A DNA stretch of 55,471 bases, filler included, from Trypethelium eluteriae (lineage: Eukaryota), in assembly GCA_051942245.1 (NCBI GenBank). It is 2 parts of 2 records of this genome, joined end to end, with 100 filler letters (N's around TTAATTAATTAA, not from the genome) between each part and the next. Parts side by side here need not be neighbours in the genome. Positions count along the whole stretch, not along the records: positions 1 to 27,693 come from JAVECL010000326.1; 1 more part is not named here. The stretch is one strand, 5' to 3'. The position numbers and the translations under genes were made by a program. Shown piece after piece: positions 11,601-21,646 of the stretch. A model generated the notes under the pieces. That model was not told the DNA's origin. It saw only the letters and a program-made list of their open reading frames with translations, and ran no database searches. The stretch's first letter is position 1. Every line of letters starts with the position of its first letter.

Positions 11601-12164
11601 ACCATCGTCGCCCTAGCATATCCGCACATCACTCATGCCCGGATAGCTGGGATCGTGATTGCTGCCATCTGCTGGCTCATCGCCGCGTCGGCAATCGACT
11701 ATCTCTGTGAGATAAGCTTGAGCCTGGCATGGCACGCACACTACGATGCCACCACCCCAGCCGCTTCTTCCACCACCACGAAGCCAGTCCCCGTGAGTCG
11801 ATTCATGCGCCGATTCAACGCTTTTATGGACGAGTGGAATCGTGCCATAGCCCTGAACTTCCCCGTCTCTGACGACAATGTCGAGGATCTCAGGCAAGGG
11901 TGGGGCATGCGTGCCGCATCTGCGGAGCAGATCTTGGCGGGACCGGGGAAGGGCAGAAGCTTGCGGAGGTATTTAGTGCCGGCGAGGGAGGATACTATGG
12001 TCGATGTGGAGAATAGCACGGGTGATATGGCGTTCGGGCCTTATTTGAAGAACTCTCTTGCTAGCTTTTATACGAGGATTGAGGGATTATCCGAGCCGAC
12101 TCTAAGAGCGAGTTGGGATAGCCGAATATTGAGAAGGTTGGGTCTCGCAAGGAAACTTCGTTGA
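8697..12164 (+). CDS. HET (heterokaryon incompatibility) domain protein with hydrophobic, probably transmembrane segments, 1155 aa
   Basis: Intronless ORF; HET motifs YIALSHVW, IWVDTLCIP, IDQMALVY and WAGRSWTLQE; family N-terminal QSWLYFGL motif; hydrophobic runs at ~10383-10560 and ~11555-11700. Confidence 0.9.
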   Translation: MNHVPKPPGSHLAPTEVPLLATLEYDFRGYASFPYRNGFIKDGKLDEDRSPDALAAFMQSWLYFGLIAEFTMQPVKIGDFTFTSPSGSYNLVSSKRLFDILSEWNCRLRRLRLLSPSWRETVTATKNLLITAVRASCKFDYLAGLDDSRYAAIALSVKTLLVTLIWAYNTLLPDIKLDVHEFCLIPWHSFHDLTLPHPARYLHQELRNLGWCPALIQRICRRYNYYAVIFLAQIPRKEPRYAIHTRCSSTDCVAFNVSESTYETRHVHENCRCKAASVLTEKIVKIIEDGQIPLVNISRSPGPHLEVVPTKQGDSSRRYIALSHVWADGLGNPKENALPRCQIARIADLLLPKQTLFGKFGTKSILIWVDTLCIPVGDKFTAVRLQAIDQMALVYASADEVLVLDSSLTQLYRPQIESFERNDPPAVGLELSSPLFLRSSSFYLEWSEVLGRILCSPWAGRSWTLQEAVVPQHVQFALSKGSMSSKWLDAISVPASAAKKPYLSEKSVFSDLYLLMTTTFVRTVLTGFRLCCVPQMYARCHGHPFRVWSSKSRLSQRQSLNCLVGMIYLLLATGGALEILFLHTLYVFIIAIECVLTLPFALSLWLLSVPFMLTQLAIMAKADCRWLQARLQSNQLEDIMRHTLFTDLVNYTKDMLVLDSKSLVAASRGRPDIFERAESSHLAQIWNSLSDRSTTKPNDIHYILGTLTNRNVRSLKNSSSQERMESILRTFTYVPADLMLTYDAQSMNKIINNNTWLPAFPKGGLLSEKTVLRVLPHGFELCIGDADSIASVYTLDRNWENPKLVFLCRPGATVAYEVETLRTATESSDTRAAMPSPNTCILILGSGNPQHDPPNCLHAVQLEVVCQEQQPVQLHYKSLLRLKVAVIEKIPSAPASYIELKETLPPHTRCIILHGSQASQASNAIEDCGSTAEPHGPSYQPPFGLTGTLAHYTFFRLAMFNVAAIFIPTIVALAYPHITHARIAGIVIAAICWLIAASAIDYLCEISLSLAWHAHYDATTPAASSTTTKPVPVSRFMRRFNAFMDEWNRAIALNFPVSDDNVEDLRQGWGMRAASAEQILAGPGKGRSLRRYLVPAREDTMVDVENSTGDMAFGPYLKNSLASFYTRIEGLSEPTLRASWDSRILRRLGLARKLR

Positions 12165-12553
12165 TCGGAAAGTGTAATCCCCAAACGGAAGCAAGACGCC
12201 CTGGCTGCTTGATCTGGTCTACATCAAGCTTCATGTCTCTTAAGCCGGCATATGGGTTGCAGCCTTATTACTTCCCTCTTGGTTTCAGCGCGCTGTCTTA
12301 CCGTAATTATTAAAATTCTTTACCACAAGTTAATTCTTAGGAATTGAACCCGCCTGTGGACTTTGACATTAAATTTTTATTTCACTGTATCGAAACTACA
12401 GGAGAGTCATGAATTCATTCAAGTGACAAACCACCTCTCATCGAAATCAAATCATTCGTTCAGGAGACAATCTCTGTTCCAGCGCTAACTCCGAGATATC
12501 CTTCCTTTCCATAGCACCCTTCTTTGCAGGCATTGGCACTCCCTGCTTGAGGT

Positions 12554-15500
12554 CTAGGACCTCTCCGGAGGAGGTCTCAGCCCTAATCTCTCCTCTCTCC
12601 TCATCTGGTCACCGGCATACAAACTGAACAGCCTCAGTGCTAACATTGCTGGCCCAATAACTTTCCCGTCCTCGCTCGTGTCTCCCGCCACAAGCTCAGT
12701 AGCCTGCTTATCCGCTTCCTCCCTCGATAACTCCTCCGGCTCAACCAGCAGTTCCAAGAACGCAGCGATGACATGGACATCCGCGAGGGAAAAGGTGACG
12801 ATAAAGCCGCTACGTTGGATCGTGTGGCCGACGAGCTCCTGGAGAATAGGATCGAGGACGTGTGGTTCTGGCTTTGTAGAAGTGTTGGTTTGAGTGTTGT
12901 GCGGAAAATAGCGGAAGTATTCGGGATCTAGAAGGTTGCGGTGGTGCATTCGGTCGAGGGTGCGGTAATGAGGAAGAGACCAGGGCTCGTAGCGGGAGAG
13001 AGGGCCATACTTGTGAAGCAGAGCCTCGCGGCGGGAAACTTTGGGCTGAAGGCTTCGTAGTTGCGGTGCGAATCGCTCGGCCTCGGACGTAATTTCCTCG
13101 GATTGAGGTAGGGTTTGCTCAGGCTGGTCTGGAAGTTGGTTCGGTTTACGCGTAGCTTGATCTGGCTGTTGTGAAGGTTGTTCAGGCTGGATTTCAGGCA
13201 GCTTGGGATCTATATGGGGTTGGGAGGGTGCGGACCAGGTAAGAGTAGACCTGAAGAAAGCTGTAAGGCGGGCTAGCACGCCTGCATTGATGTTTGACGA
13301 TGCTTCTGGAAGGCGAACAGCATCCTTGCACGGGCAGGCTGGCTCCTCTTCGCTACTGGTAGCTTCATCTGCGGTGATTTCTTCCTCGACATCTGACTTG
13401 ACGTCTGATTTTGGAAGCCAAAGATCAGCTTCTAGGTCAGATGCATCTTCTTCCGACTCTGGCACTGTAGAAAGGGAGCGACTGTTCTGAATGTCAAGGC
13501 CGTTCGACTGAGAATATTGAAATGGTTGACGGTTTCGATCTGATTGTCGTAAGTCAGGACTAGCTACATCATTGAGCGGGACCGTATGAATTTCGTGATT
13601 CGAAACGTGGCAGGCTTGTTGCGTGCTCTGTTCAAAGCTACTAGTGAAACCATCATTTTGAGAGATAGCGCTGCCGTTATCCGATGACTCTTCTGGCGTT
13701 TCATTAGGTTCGTCCTCGCTATGTACGTCGTTCAGAGACACTTCCGGCGTTACGGAATGCGTAGGCCTGGGAGCTTCAGTCCCATGCTGAGAACGCCTGC
13801 CCTTTAGGTGCCTTGATAGGTAAAGACTGTTTCCAGGCCGGGGATCCCAAGGGCTCTCAAAGACCGCTGGCATGTTTCTCTGGAAAAAGAAGCCAGTGTC
13901 ATCTCCATCATCTTGGCTTGTCGTGCTCTCATCATCTTCCGAGCCGTCCTGTTCAAAAGCAACATCAGCATCATTATCATCGATTTCTTCGTCGTCGTCT
14001 TCTTCTTCATCGGAGTCGATGGTAATGACTTGGCTTGCGCTCGCTTGTTCGATCTGTCTCCTGACTGCTTCACGGTCTTGCTGAATCTCCAGCTCCAACT
14101 GCTGCGTACGGCTGAGCTCATCGAGATCCTCACTTATCGATGATGTCGCGTCTGATATTGGAGAGTACGGTAAGGACGCATCGTGGCTTTGACTGTGAAG
14201 AGGATTCGTCGCTGGCGTATCGTGCGGTAAATTAGGAAGGGTGGGATATATGACAGGGTCATTTAGAGACGGTTGATCGGGTACATCTGAAACGTCAGAG
14301 TCTCCTGGCGTCAGCAAATGCCGGGCCTGGTGGTGGATTTCTTCTGTAACCCTCTCGGCCACGTTTGCAGCTGGACACTTAGGAGAGGAAGTAATTGTGT
14401 CGCCGAACCGGTCTAAACGCTTGTCTAGCTCCAGTGGGAAGCTCAGATCGGCTCTTTGATCCGATTTCACACTATTGTCTGATTTACTGGAGATATCTTT
14501 GATGTTGCTTCTTGTGATGCTATTCCGATCCGGAGTGGAAAAGTCTTGATCGAGGGGAGGTAGATCTCGTACAATCCCCTGAAGGACATTGCCTGTCTTA
14601 ACAATGTTGGTAATTTCGGGTGTTGGAACTTCTTCCCTGGATGGGCACTCTTGTCGCAGTGCTGGTGGTTGGGAGAGCGGCGTTATGTTGCCTATCGGGG
14701 TTGCTCTTGGAGGAAGCAATCCACACATAGAAACTGCAGGCGACGAAGGCATGCCATGTGAGGTCTTCATCTCTGGTGTCTTTGAGCGTCCGTTAGTGAA
14801 CTTGTCCGACCGTAGTGTTGCATAATTGTTTAGAACAGGTGGCGTTGCCAACAAGGAAGAAAACTCGGGGATATCCTCTAGGGCTTCTGAGGGCAAGAGG
14901 TTGTTTTTGCTTTCATTGAGTGCAGACATGGATTTGAGACCGTGTTCATGGTTGTCATATCCAGCCTCACCATAGGCCCCGTGGTTTTCATTATCATCCT
15001 TTTGGCCGGGGCCCTTGCTGTGCTCCTGGATCTCATGCACAGATGGCACAGACACGAAGCTGAAGCCTTCACTCTGAAGCATAGTCTGATCGCCGGGAAC
15101 GCTATCACTTACGTCTGAGCCGACTCCATTTCCGCCATCGTCAGCACGCCTTGCACAGTTAGGGTTACTGTAGAAGTATTCCGGTAAATGATCTGCCGGT
15201 GGCCGTCCGGGCACTGCAGCTGAGTTTTGCGATCGAGGAGTTGAAGAATCTGTAGATGCTCGTGCTTCGAGGGTGGGCTTCCGAGGATATCGATTCGTTT
15301 CCGAAGGACTTGGCTCATTGACAAGCATTGTCAAAGCTTCTTGGCTTTTCGTAGCGTTGACTGGATACGGTGACACCTCCGTGACCTCCTCCAGCGTATC
15401 AGAATCATTACCACCTAAAATCGACGACAGGGTCGTAATTTGCTTGAGCTGTGGCTTGAGTGGAGTTGCCTTGGGGCTTTGAAATGTAGGATCCGCCGGA

Positions 15501-15949
15501 ATTTTCTCTGTATTGCCATCCTCTTGTCTCCTAGACTGCTTTTTGCGAACTGGTGTGCCATTCCTCTTCCTTTGCTTGGTCATTGGACTACTTGCTCTTT
15601 TTGATCTTCCCCTCTTTGGCTTGCCAGGAGAAGGTCCGTCGACATCTTTCAAAGGAATCTTGGTCGATCTCGATCGTACCCGTGTAGTCTGCGAGGGACT
15701 AACATTTTCGACATCTGACTCCTGGGAGTGCGGCTCTGCCTCAACCGTGACCTTGATTTTCCAGGGACTTAAGCCATTACTCGCAGGCGTATCAAATGCG
15801 ATGGACTTGGAAGGTGTAAGGCGGTAGCGGTTGGCGGCTCCTTCAGCAAGCGGGGTCGTCTTGACTGTCCGGGCCCAACGTCTACTGGGCGATGGCGTTG
15901 GAGACAATGCTATCGGGTCCGGAGATGAGGAACGACTGTCAGAAGGCAT
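12554..15949 (-). CDS. Large disordered protein resembling the fungal 'AT DNA binding protein' family (AT-hook-like), 1131 aa
   Basis: 3.4-kb ORF with conserved-looking N-terminal SPWKIKVTVEAEP, basic PKRGRSKR motif, many SP/TP sites, an acidic tract and a folded C-terminus (WSLPHYRTLD). Confidence 0.75.
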   Translation of the reverse strand: MPSDSRSSSPDPIALSPTPSPSRRWARTVKTTPLAEGAANRYRLTPSKSIAFDTPASNGLSPWKIKVTVEAEPHSQESDVENVSPSQTTRVRSRSTKIPLKDVDGPSPGKPKRGRSKRASSPMTKQRKRNGTPVRKKQSRRQEDGNTEKIPADPTFQSPKATPLKPQLKQITTLSSILGGNDSDTLEEVTEVSPYPVNATKSQEALTMLVNEPSPSETNRYPRKPTLEARASTDSSTPRSQNSAAVPGRPPADHLPEYFYSNPNCARRADDGGNGVGSDVSDSVPGDQTMLQSEGFSFVSVPSVHEIQEHSKGPGQKDDNENHGAYGEAGYDNHEHGLKSMSALNESKNNLLPSEALEDIPEFSSLLATPPVLNNYATLRSDKFTNGRSKTPEMKTSHGMPSSPAVSMCGLLPPRATPIGNITPLSQPPALRQECPSREEVPTPEITNIVKTGNVLQGIVRDLPPLDQDFSTPDRNSITRSNIKDISSKSDNSVKSDQRADLSFPLELDKRLDRFGDTITSSPKCPAANVAERVTEEIHHQARHLLTPGDSDVSDVPDQPSLNDPVIYPTLPNLPHDTPATNPLHSQSHDASLPYSPISDATSSISEDLDELSRTQQLELEIQQDREAVRRQIEQASASQVITIDSDEEEDDDEEIDDNDADVAFEQDGSEDDESTTSQDDGDDTGFFFQRNMPAVFESPWDPRPGNSLYLSRHLKGRRSQHGTEAPRPTHSVTPEVSLNDVHSEDEPNETPEESSDNGSAISQNDGFTSSFEQSTQQACHVSNHEIHTVPLNDVASPDLRQSDRNRQPFQYSQSNGLDIQNSRSLSTVPESEEDASDLEADLWLPKSDVKSDVEEEITADEATSSEEEPACPCKDAVRLPEASSNINAGVLARLTAFFRSTLTWSAPSQPHIDPKLPEIQPEQPSQQPDQATRKPNQLPDQPEQTLPQSEEITSEAERFAPQLRSLQPKVSRREALLHKYGPLSRYEPWSLPHYRTLDRMHHRNLLDPEYFRYFPHNTQTNTSTKPEPHVLDPILQELVGHTIQRSGFIVTFSLADVHVIAAFLELLVEPEELSREEADKQATELVAGDTSEDGKVIGPAMLALRLFSLYAGDQMRREERLGLRPPPERS

Positions 15950-16049
15950 GAGCGTCTACGTCGATGGTAGCGCCGCAGTCGGAGAATTTTTTGTCGAAAC
16001 TATCCAGGTAGCTAAAGATTCGTTATCGCCAAGGGGTCGGGAGCTTTGA

Positions 16050-16055
16050 ACGCGT
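16050..16055. promoter_or_regulatory. MCB element (ACGCGT) in the divergent promoter
   Basis: Exact MluI cell-cycle box between ATG 15949(-) and ATG 16262(+). Confidence 0.55.
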
Positions 16056-16072
16056 CTTACGTTGGTCCTATC

Positions 16073-16086
16073 GTTGCTAGGGCAAC
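16073..16086. promoter_or_regulatory. RFX/Crt1-type X-box GTTGCTAGGGCAAC
   Basis: Fits the 14-bp quasi-palindromic RFX consensus GTNRCY-NN-RGYAAC; lies upstream of a DNA repair nuclease. Confidence 0.6.
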
Positions 16087-16261
16087 CACTCCATCCCAAT
16101 CAGAGCCCCTCACATCTCACCAAAGCAGCTGTACCAGGTTTGAGGATATTTTACATTTCGAGTGCTCGATCCGATCTAATTCTTCTTGGTCCTGAAGGAA
16201 GCCTAACCTTTTCAAATGCGAGGATAATGTCTAGTTTTTGATAAAGACTTTGCTCGTATCG

Positions 16262-19000
16262 ATGGGTATTCATGGGTAATTCCTGGAGCTGCTCGCTTGT
16301 AGGAGCAAAGGACTGACAGCGACAGCATCTACAAAGAGATTGGTCCTGGGGAGAGGATAGCTCTCTCGAAACTTGCAGCTCAGAAGTACGAGAAAACCGG
16401 TCGCCCTTTACGCCTCGCTATCGATACTTCAATATGGCTCTTTCAGGTTCAGTCAGGCAAAGGCAAGTATTGTTATCATCGACCCCGTGAAGCTTCAAGC
16501 CACTAACAATGGCGGCTACGAAGGCGGAACGAACCCAGCACTTCGAACCTTCTTCTACCGCTTGCTTCGCTTGCTCTCGTTATCCATCCACCCACTGTTC
16601 ATTTTTGATGGCCCGAATAAACCGCCTTTCAAGCGCAATAAACGAACAGGTCAGAATTTTGCTTCTGTGCCAGACTTCCTAGCGAAACAGCTTCTTCAGC
16701 AGTTCGGATTTCCATATCATCGAGCACCTGGTGAGGCAGAAGCAGAATGTGCCTTACTACAGCGGAAGGGTGTCGTCGATGCTGTACTCAGTGAAGACGT
16801 TGATACCCTGATGTTCGGCAGCGGAGTAACAATTCGCAATTGGTCGACCGAGTTGAAGTCGAATGGGACCCCAACGCATGTCAACGTATATGATGCACAG
16901 AGTATCAAGGCAGGGCCTTCGCGACTGGATCCAACGGGCATGATTCTGGTTGGTCTGATGAGTGGAGGAGATTACACACCTCAAGGAATTCCAGGATGTG
17001 GTCCTAAGACTGCTTGTGAAGCGGCACGAGCTGGTTTCGGTGCTCAGTTGTGCGAAATACCACGACGAGACAAGAGCGCTATACGAGCTTGGCGTGATAA
17101 ACTCGCACACGAACTCAAGACGAACGAGGGCAAGCATTTCCGTCAAAAGCACAAGTCTCTGCAAATCCCAGAAGATTTTCCCTCTCTCGATGTGCTTGGC
17201 TATTACACTCATCCCGCAGTCTCGGATGACGCGGCGATTGAGAAGCTTCAAGATTCGATTAGATGGGATCAAGACATGGACTTACCAGCACTACGCGCTT
17301 TTACAGCCGAGGCTTTTGATTGGACCAAACTTCAGGGCGCAAAGCACTTTATAAGGAATCTTGCGCCTGCAATCTTAAGGAAAGAGCTTCGTATGGCAGC
17401 TAAGAATTTTCGATCTGGCGATGTTGAGGCTATGCAGGAACAAGAGTCCAAGCTAGTCAGAAAGATATATAGCATGCGAAATCATGCCAGTACAGACCAC
17501 TGCGTTGAGCTACGTATTGGGTTCATGCCGCTCGAATTAGTGCCATTAGCCCTTGAGGACGAAGAACCTGACGATGAAGGTGATCCTTCGCAAGAAGAGA
17601 TTGATGGAGACGAACAGATGTTAGAAGATGATATCGACGCTGAACGTCCCGAATGTGCCGGCAAGAAACGCACGGCAACTAATTACGAACCTTCGAGACT
17701 AGACCGGGCCTGGGTCCTCGATACCTTTGTAAAGTCTGGTGTGCCACTCACAGCTGAAGATTGGGAGGAGAATATGAGAGCTGCCGAACGATTGAAACAA
17801 GCGAAGGCGGCTAGAAGCCTGGCGAACCAATCATCACGTCAAGCTCGATCACCAAGATCAAAGAAAACCGGAGGGATGCATCGAGGAGCTCTGCATCAAT
17901 ACGCCAAAGTGACAAAGCCAGTCGATAAGCCCACAAGGTCTTCCGTAAAGCCGCAAACTCCAATTCTAGAAGAGCTTGATCTTTCCGGTGTACCTGAGTC
18001 ATCCATTTCTTCTTCGGACCACTTACGGCCCACTGGCCCGGACACAGTTCAATCCCGCCTCATGGAACCAGGCGTGCAAACGATTAACCTTTGTTCATCT
18101 CCAGCACCCTCTTCAACTCAACATCTCAATCCTCCTCAACAGCTGGGTCGGCTGAATCTTGAGCTCATTGAAGCTGGCCTTGCTCCTTTGCCAAGTGATG
18201 CAGGTCAACGAAAGCGATCACCATTTCGTAGATCTATTTCAACTCCAGAATCAAGATGCACGAAAGGCAACGGCGCTCTTTCACAGCAGCCAACATCCCC
18301 CCAACCGATAGCACAAACTTACGAATATTTTGGAGACCCTATCCATGTACCTTCCTCACCACCCCCACGTGAGACGGCACCTTCTCAAGTGTCTCTTCAA
18401 GCGCAGAAGACTGTGAAGACCGATGGAGGACCTGATCGACGAATCGGCTCCACTTGCCCAAGTACGCCATCACGACGGGCTGCATCTAGGCCTGCGGCAA
18501 ATGCAATACTCTTGTCTTCTCCTTCCGGATCTTCGCCCGGAAAACAGAGAATGATTCGTGAATTCTTTCCGCCCGGTCAAGCAAGCGATAGCCTCCAGCA
18601 AACGAGACAGGATATTTCCTGTGAGTTTCGCATGCCACTCGCATCTGCACCTATTGAGCCCCGCTCTAATTCTTCAAATCAGCGCGCCGTCCTTGGAGAA
18701 ACGTCAGGAAACTCACAGCCTCGACGCGTTCATAGGCCCAAGGGAACTCGTGAGCAAGTAGACCAGGTGTCCTCCAGCGCACACCAAGATGTAGCCCCGC
18801 GATGTAAAGGAAAGCGTACCTTGGAGTTACGGGAGTCCTTGGATGGCACGTGGAAGATATCAAAGATGGACCGGCTTGAAATGCAGAGAGACCAGTGCGA
18901 GAAATTCGGCAACAGTACAAATACTTCGAAACGAAGAGCTGGAGATGTCGGAAAACGGAGTTGGCGGCTGAGTGAAGTTGAAGTTTTGGATCTTACGTGA
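16262..19000 (+). CDS. YEN1: XPG/Rad2-family Holliday junction resolvase (Yen1/GEN1), 875 aa, 3 exons
   Basis: Exons 16262-16275, 16326-16462, 16524-19000; second intron is GC-AG. MGIHG start, LAIDTSIW, FIFDG, APGEAEAECA, SEDVD, SGGDY and GIPGCG (H3TH), followed by a long disordered tail. Confidence 0.92.
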
Positions 19001-19141
19001 CGCCAACGTCCTGAATAGGAAAAGGGCATGATGACTTGATGTGTATGGCGCTCAATGGTAATGGCAATTCAGGATATACACCTAGGATGATATATACCCC
19101 GTGCTCTCTTCTTCTACCTTTTGGCGACTTTAATGAGTCTG

Positions 19142-21141
19142 TTAGTCGTCAAATCCTGCAAACTCAGATCCATCATCCTTCACCTCTTCTCTAACTCGTG
19201 CAACCATGCGTTCCAGTTCATGTTCTTTCTCTCGTTCCGCGGGCGTCATCTTCTCAAGCCTTGCCTTCTCACGACCGAGTTGTTTTCTCTGTCTTCGCTC
19301 CTCCTTAGCTTTCTTCAGCTCTTTCTTCTGACTCCAAGCGCCCTGCTTATCGCGACCATTCACGCCTGATCCCTTCCGGCCCTCGAAAGCATTATCTGGA
19401 TACGAGAGTCTCCGAGCTAATTCTTCTTTCCTGTGCTTTTCTCTTGACTTGTCTTTGTATGCGTAATTGTCGAAGTCCACTTTCGCTCCCAGGCTTCGAT
19501 CGCCCAACCAGCCTTTCAATTCTGGCATCTTTGGTAGTCGGAGCAAACCCCATGCTCGACCGATCTTCTCCCAATCGAAATCTTCTATGCTGAATATGCT
19601 GCTTGCAGAATGCTTGCGGTACGCTTGAACCCAGCTTACGAATGCTCTTTGACCTTTATCATGGAGGGCACGATCATGCAGGACAATAGTTCTTAGTCTT
19701 TCGGTAGTTTTCTCGGCATCTGAAGGTGCCATATCAATCTTCGGCTTCACAAATGGAGAGATAGGCGTCTTTCGAACTTCGAGGAAGGGAACGTATTCTT
19801 CCTCGCTCCCAGGACTAAGAAGAGTAACAGCAAGTCCCTTTCTCCCAGCGCGTCCAGCACGTCCACAGCGGTGGATAAATACTTTCGGGTCACTAGGGGG
19901 ATCAATTTGGATGACCACATCAACAGCTGGAATATCCAAGCCTCTGGCTGCCACGTCTGTCGTCAGAAGCACTGTGGGTCCTATGGAATCCACGAAACGG
20001 GCAAAATTCTTCTGACGCACAGAAGAAGGATGCTTCCCATGCAGAGGCACCACGGCGAACCCAGGCATGATGGAAGGTAGTAGATATTGAAAATAGTCCA
20101 CAGCGGCACATGTAGACATGTAAACTATGGACTTGAGTGGAGTTGGCTGAAGACTTCTAAGTAGAGAACTTGCGGCTGGCAATTTCACTCCGGGATCCAC
20201 CACGAGATAAGACATCTGCAAACTCGCAGGGGTCCTCTTGTCGTGAGCTCCAGTTGCTGATTTGACCTTGACGGAGATTCGGACCGGGTTTCGAAGTCCA
20301 ACTCGAATAAGCTGGTCAACTGCCTCACTAACACTGGCACTGAACAGACCAGTCCGCCTCTGCTTGGGTATGCGCTGCAGTATTTTCTGAATGTCATCTT
20401 TGAAGCCCAGATCAAGCAATCGGTCGGCCTCGTCCAGGATGAGCATTTCGAAGGATGATTGGGTGCAGTGAACATGTTTGGAAGAAAGAATATCTAGCAG
20501 TCGACCTGGAGTGGCGACAAGCAGATTTGGTGAGTTACGAAGGAAGTAGCTTAAGTCTTGGGCTGGAGTGGTGTTCCCACCAAGCAAAAGTTGCGGAATA
20601 ACCTTTATGCCAGACGTGTCCTTTGGATTTTCCATCGTGTCATTCTCTTCGCCTTGCTCCAGTTCCGGGTCAGGTGGGCGTAGAACTGACGCAGATGGGG
20701 GATGAAACTCCAGTATAGAAATTAAGACATTGTATATTTGGGATGCCAACTCTCTGGAGAAGGTAAGCATTGCCAATGATGTCTCAATAGTAGCGATAGC
20801 CTACCTTGTCGGACTTATGATTATCGCCCCGATATTATGCCTCTTAATGGGAGATTCGACTCTTAATATTTTTTCGATGACTGGAATAAGGAAGGCAAGC
20901 GTTTTCCCGCTTCCCGTTACCGCCTGGAAAACGAGATGAATTAGGGACAATCGTTTTGGGATGAGCTTTTACATGTCTTCCCTACCTCTACAACGACGTC
21001 TTTGCTCGTGGCGAGTGGAATTGTGGACGATTGGACGGGCGTCATTCGTGAGAAACCTAGACTGGATAGTGCGACTAAGAGCCATTCTGAAAGGGCTGGA
21101 GTGAGCGCTTCGAACGCCCGAGACGACGATTTAGAATCCAT
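19142..21141 (-). CDS. SPB4: ATP-dependent rRNA DEAD-box helicase Spb4 (DDX55), 628 aa, 3 exons
   Basis: Exons 21141-20986, 20923-20805, 20753-19142. Q motif (MTPVQ), [31 protein letters not shown], and Spb4-type C-terminus AFVSWVQAY...[10 protein letters not shown]. Confidence 0.95.
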
Positions 21142-21646
21142 TTAGAATTCTGTATCGTCTGTGTGGTTCTCAGAGTTTATCCTTAAACCAACGCAGGCAC
21201 TCTACCCAGTTTCTTTATTGAGTCCATGGAGGAAGAGTAACAAGCTTAGCCGCAGTTCTGAGATATCGAAATTTTGGACGCCACATGTGGCAAGTGAGAG
21301 TGGCGCAGTCGGGACGCCCGGACATAAGAGACAACTTGGCTATTTCTTAGAGCCGCCACGATTCAGGCTTTCGCGCTGTGGAAGACGTTCGTTTTGACCT
21401 TCCTTCAAGAGGCTTTCCATCGTCACCGTGATGCATCTTCTCCTGCTCTTTTGTAATTTGCATAGAGCGCAAAATCGATACTGACGAGCGATACTCGGAA
21501 AGCACGCGACTCGCTATCACGACCCCGAGCGGATGACAGAGGAGGCAGCATATTCCATGGTCAGCTACTCTTGACTTTTTTTCAAACGTCAAAGGCACGC
21601 GTGGAGTGATTAGCGCTCTTGAGCCTTCACTCCCGACCTTACAACG

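Noticed and set aside
21268..21275. RRPE-like GAAATTTT upstream of SPB4
   Set aside because: Plausible for a ribosome biogenesis gene but too short and degenerate to call.
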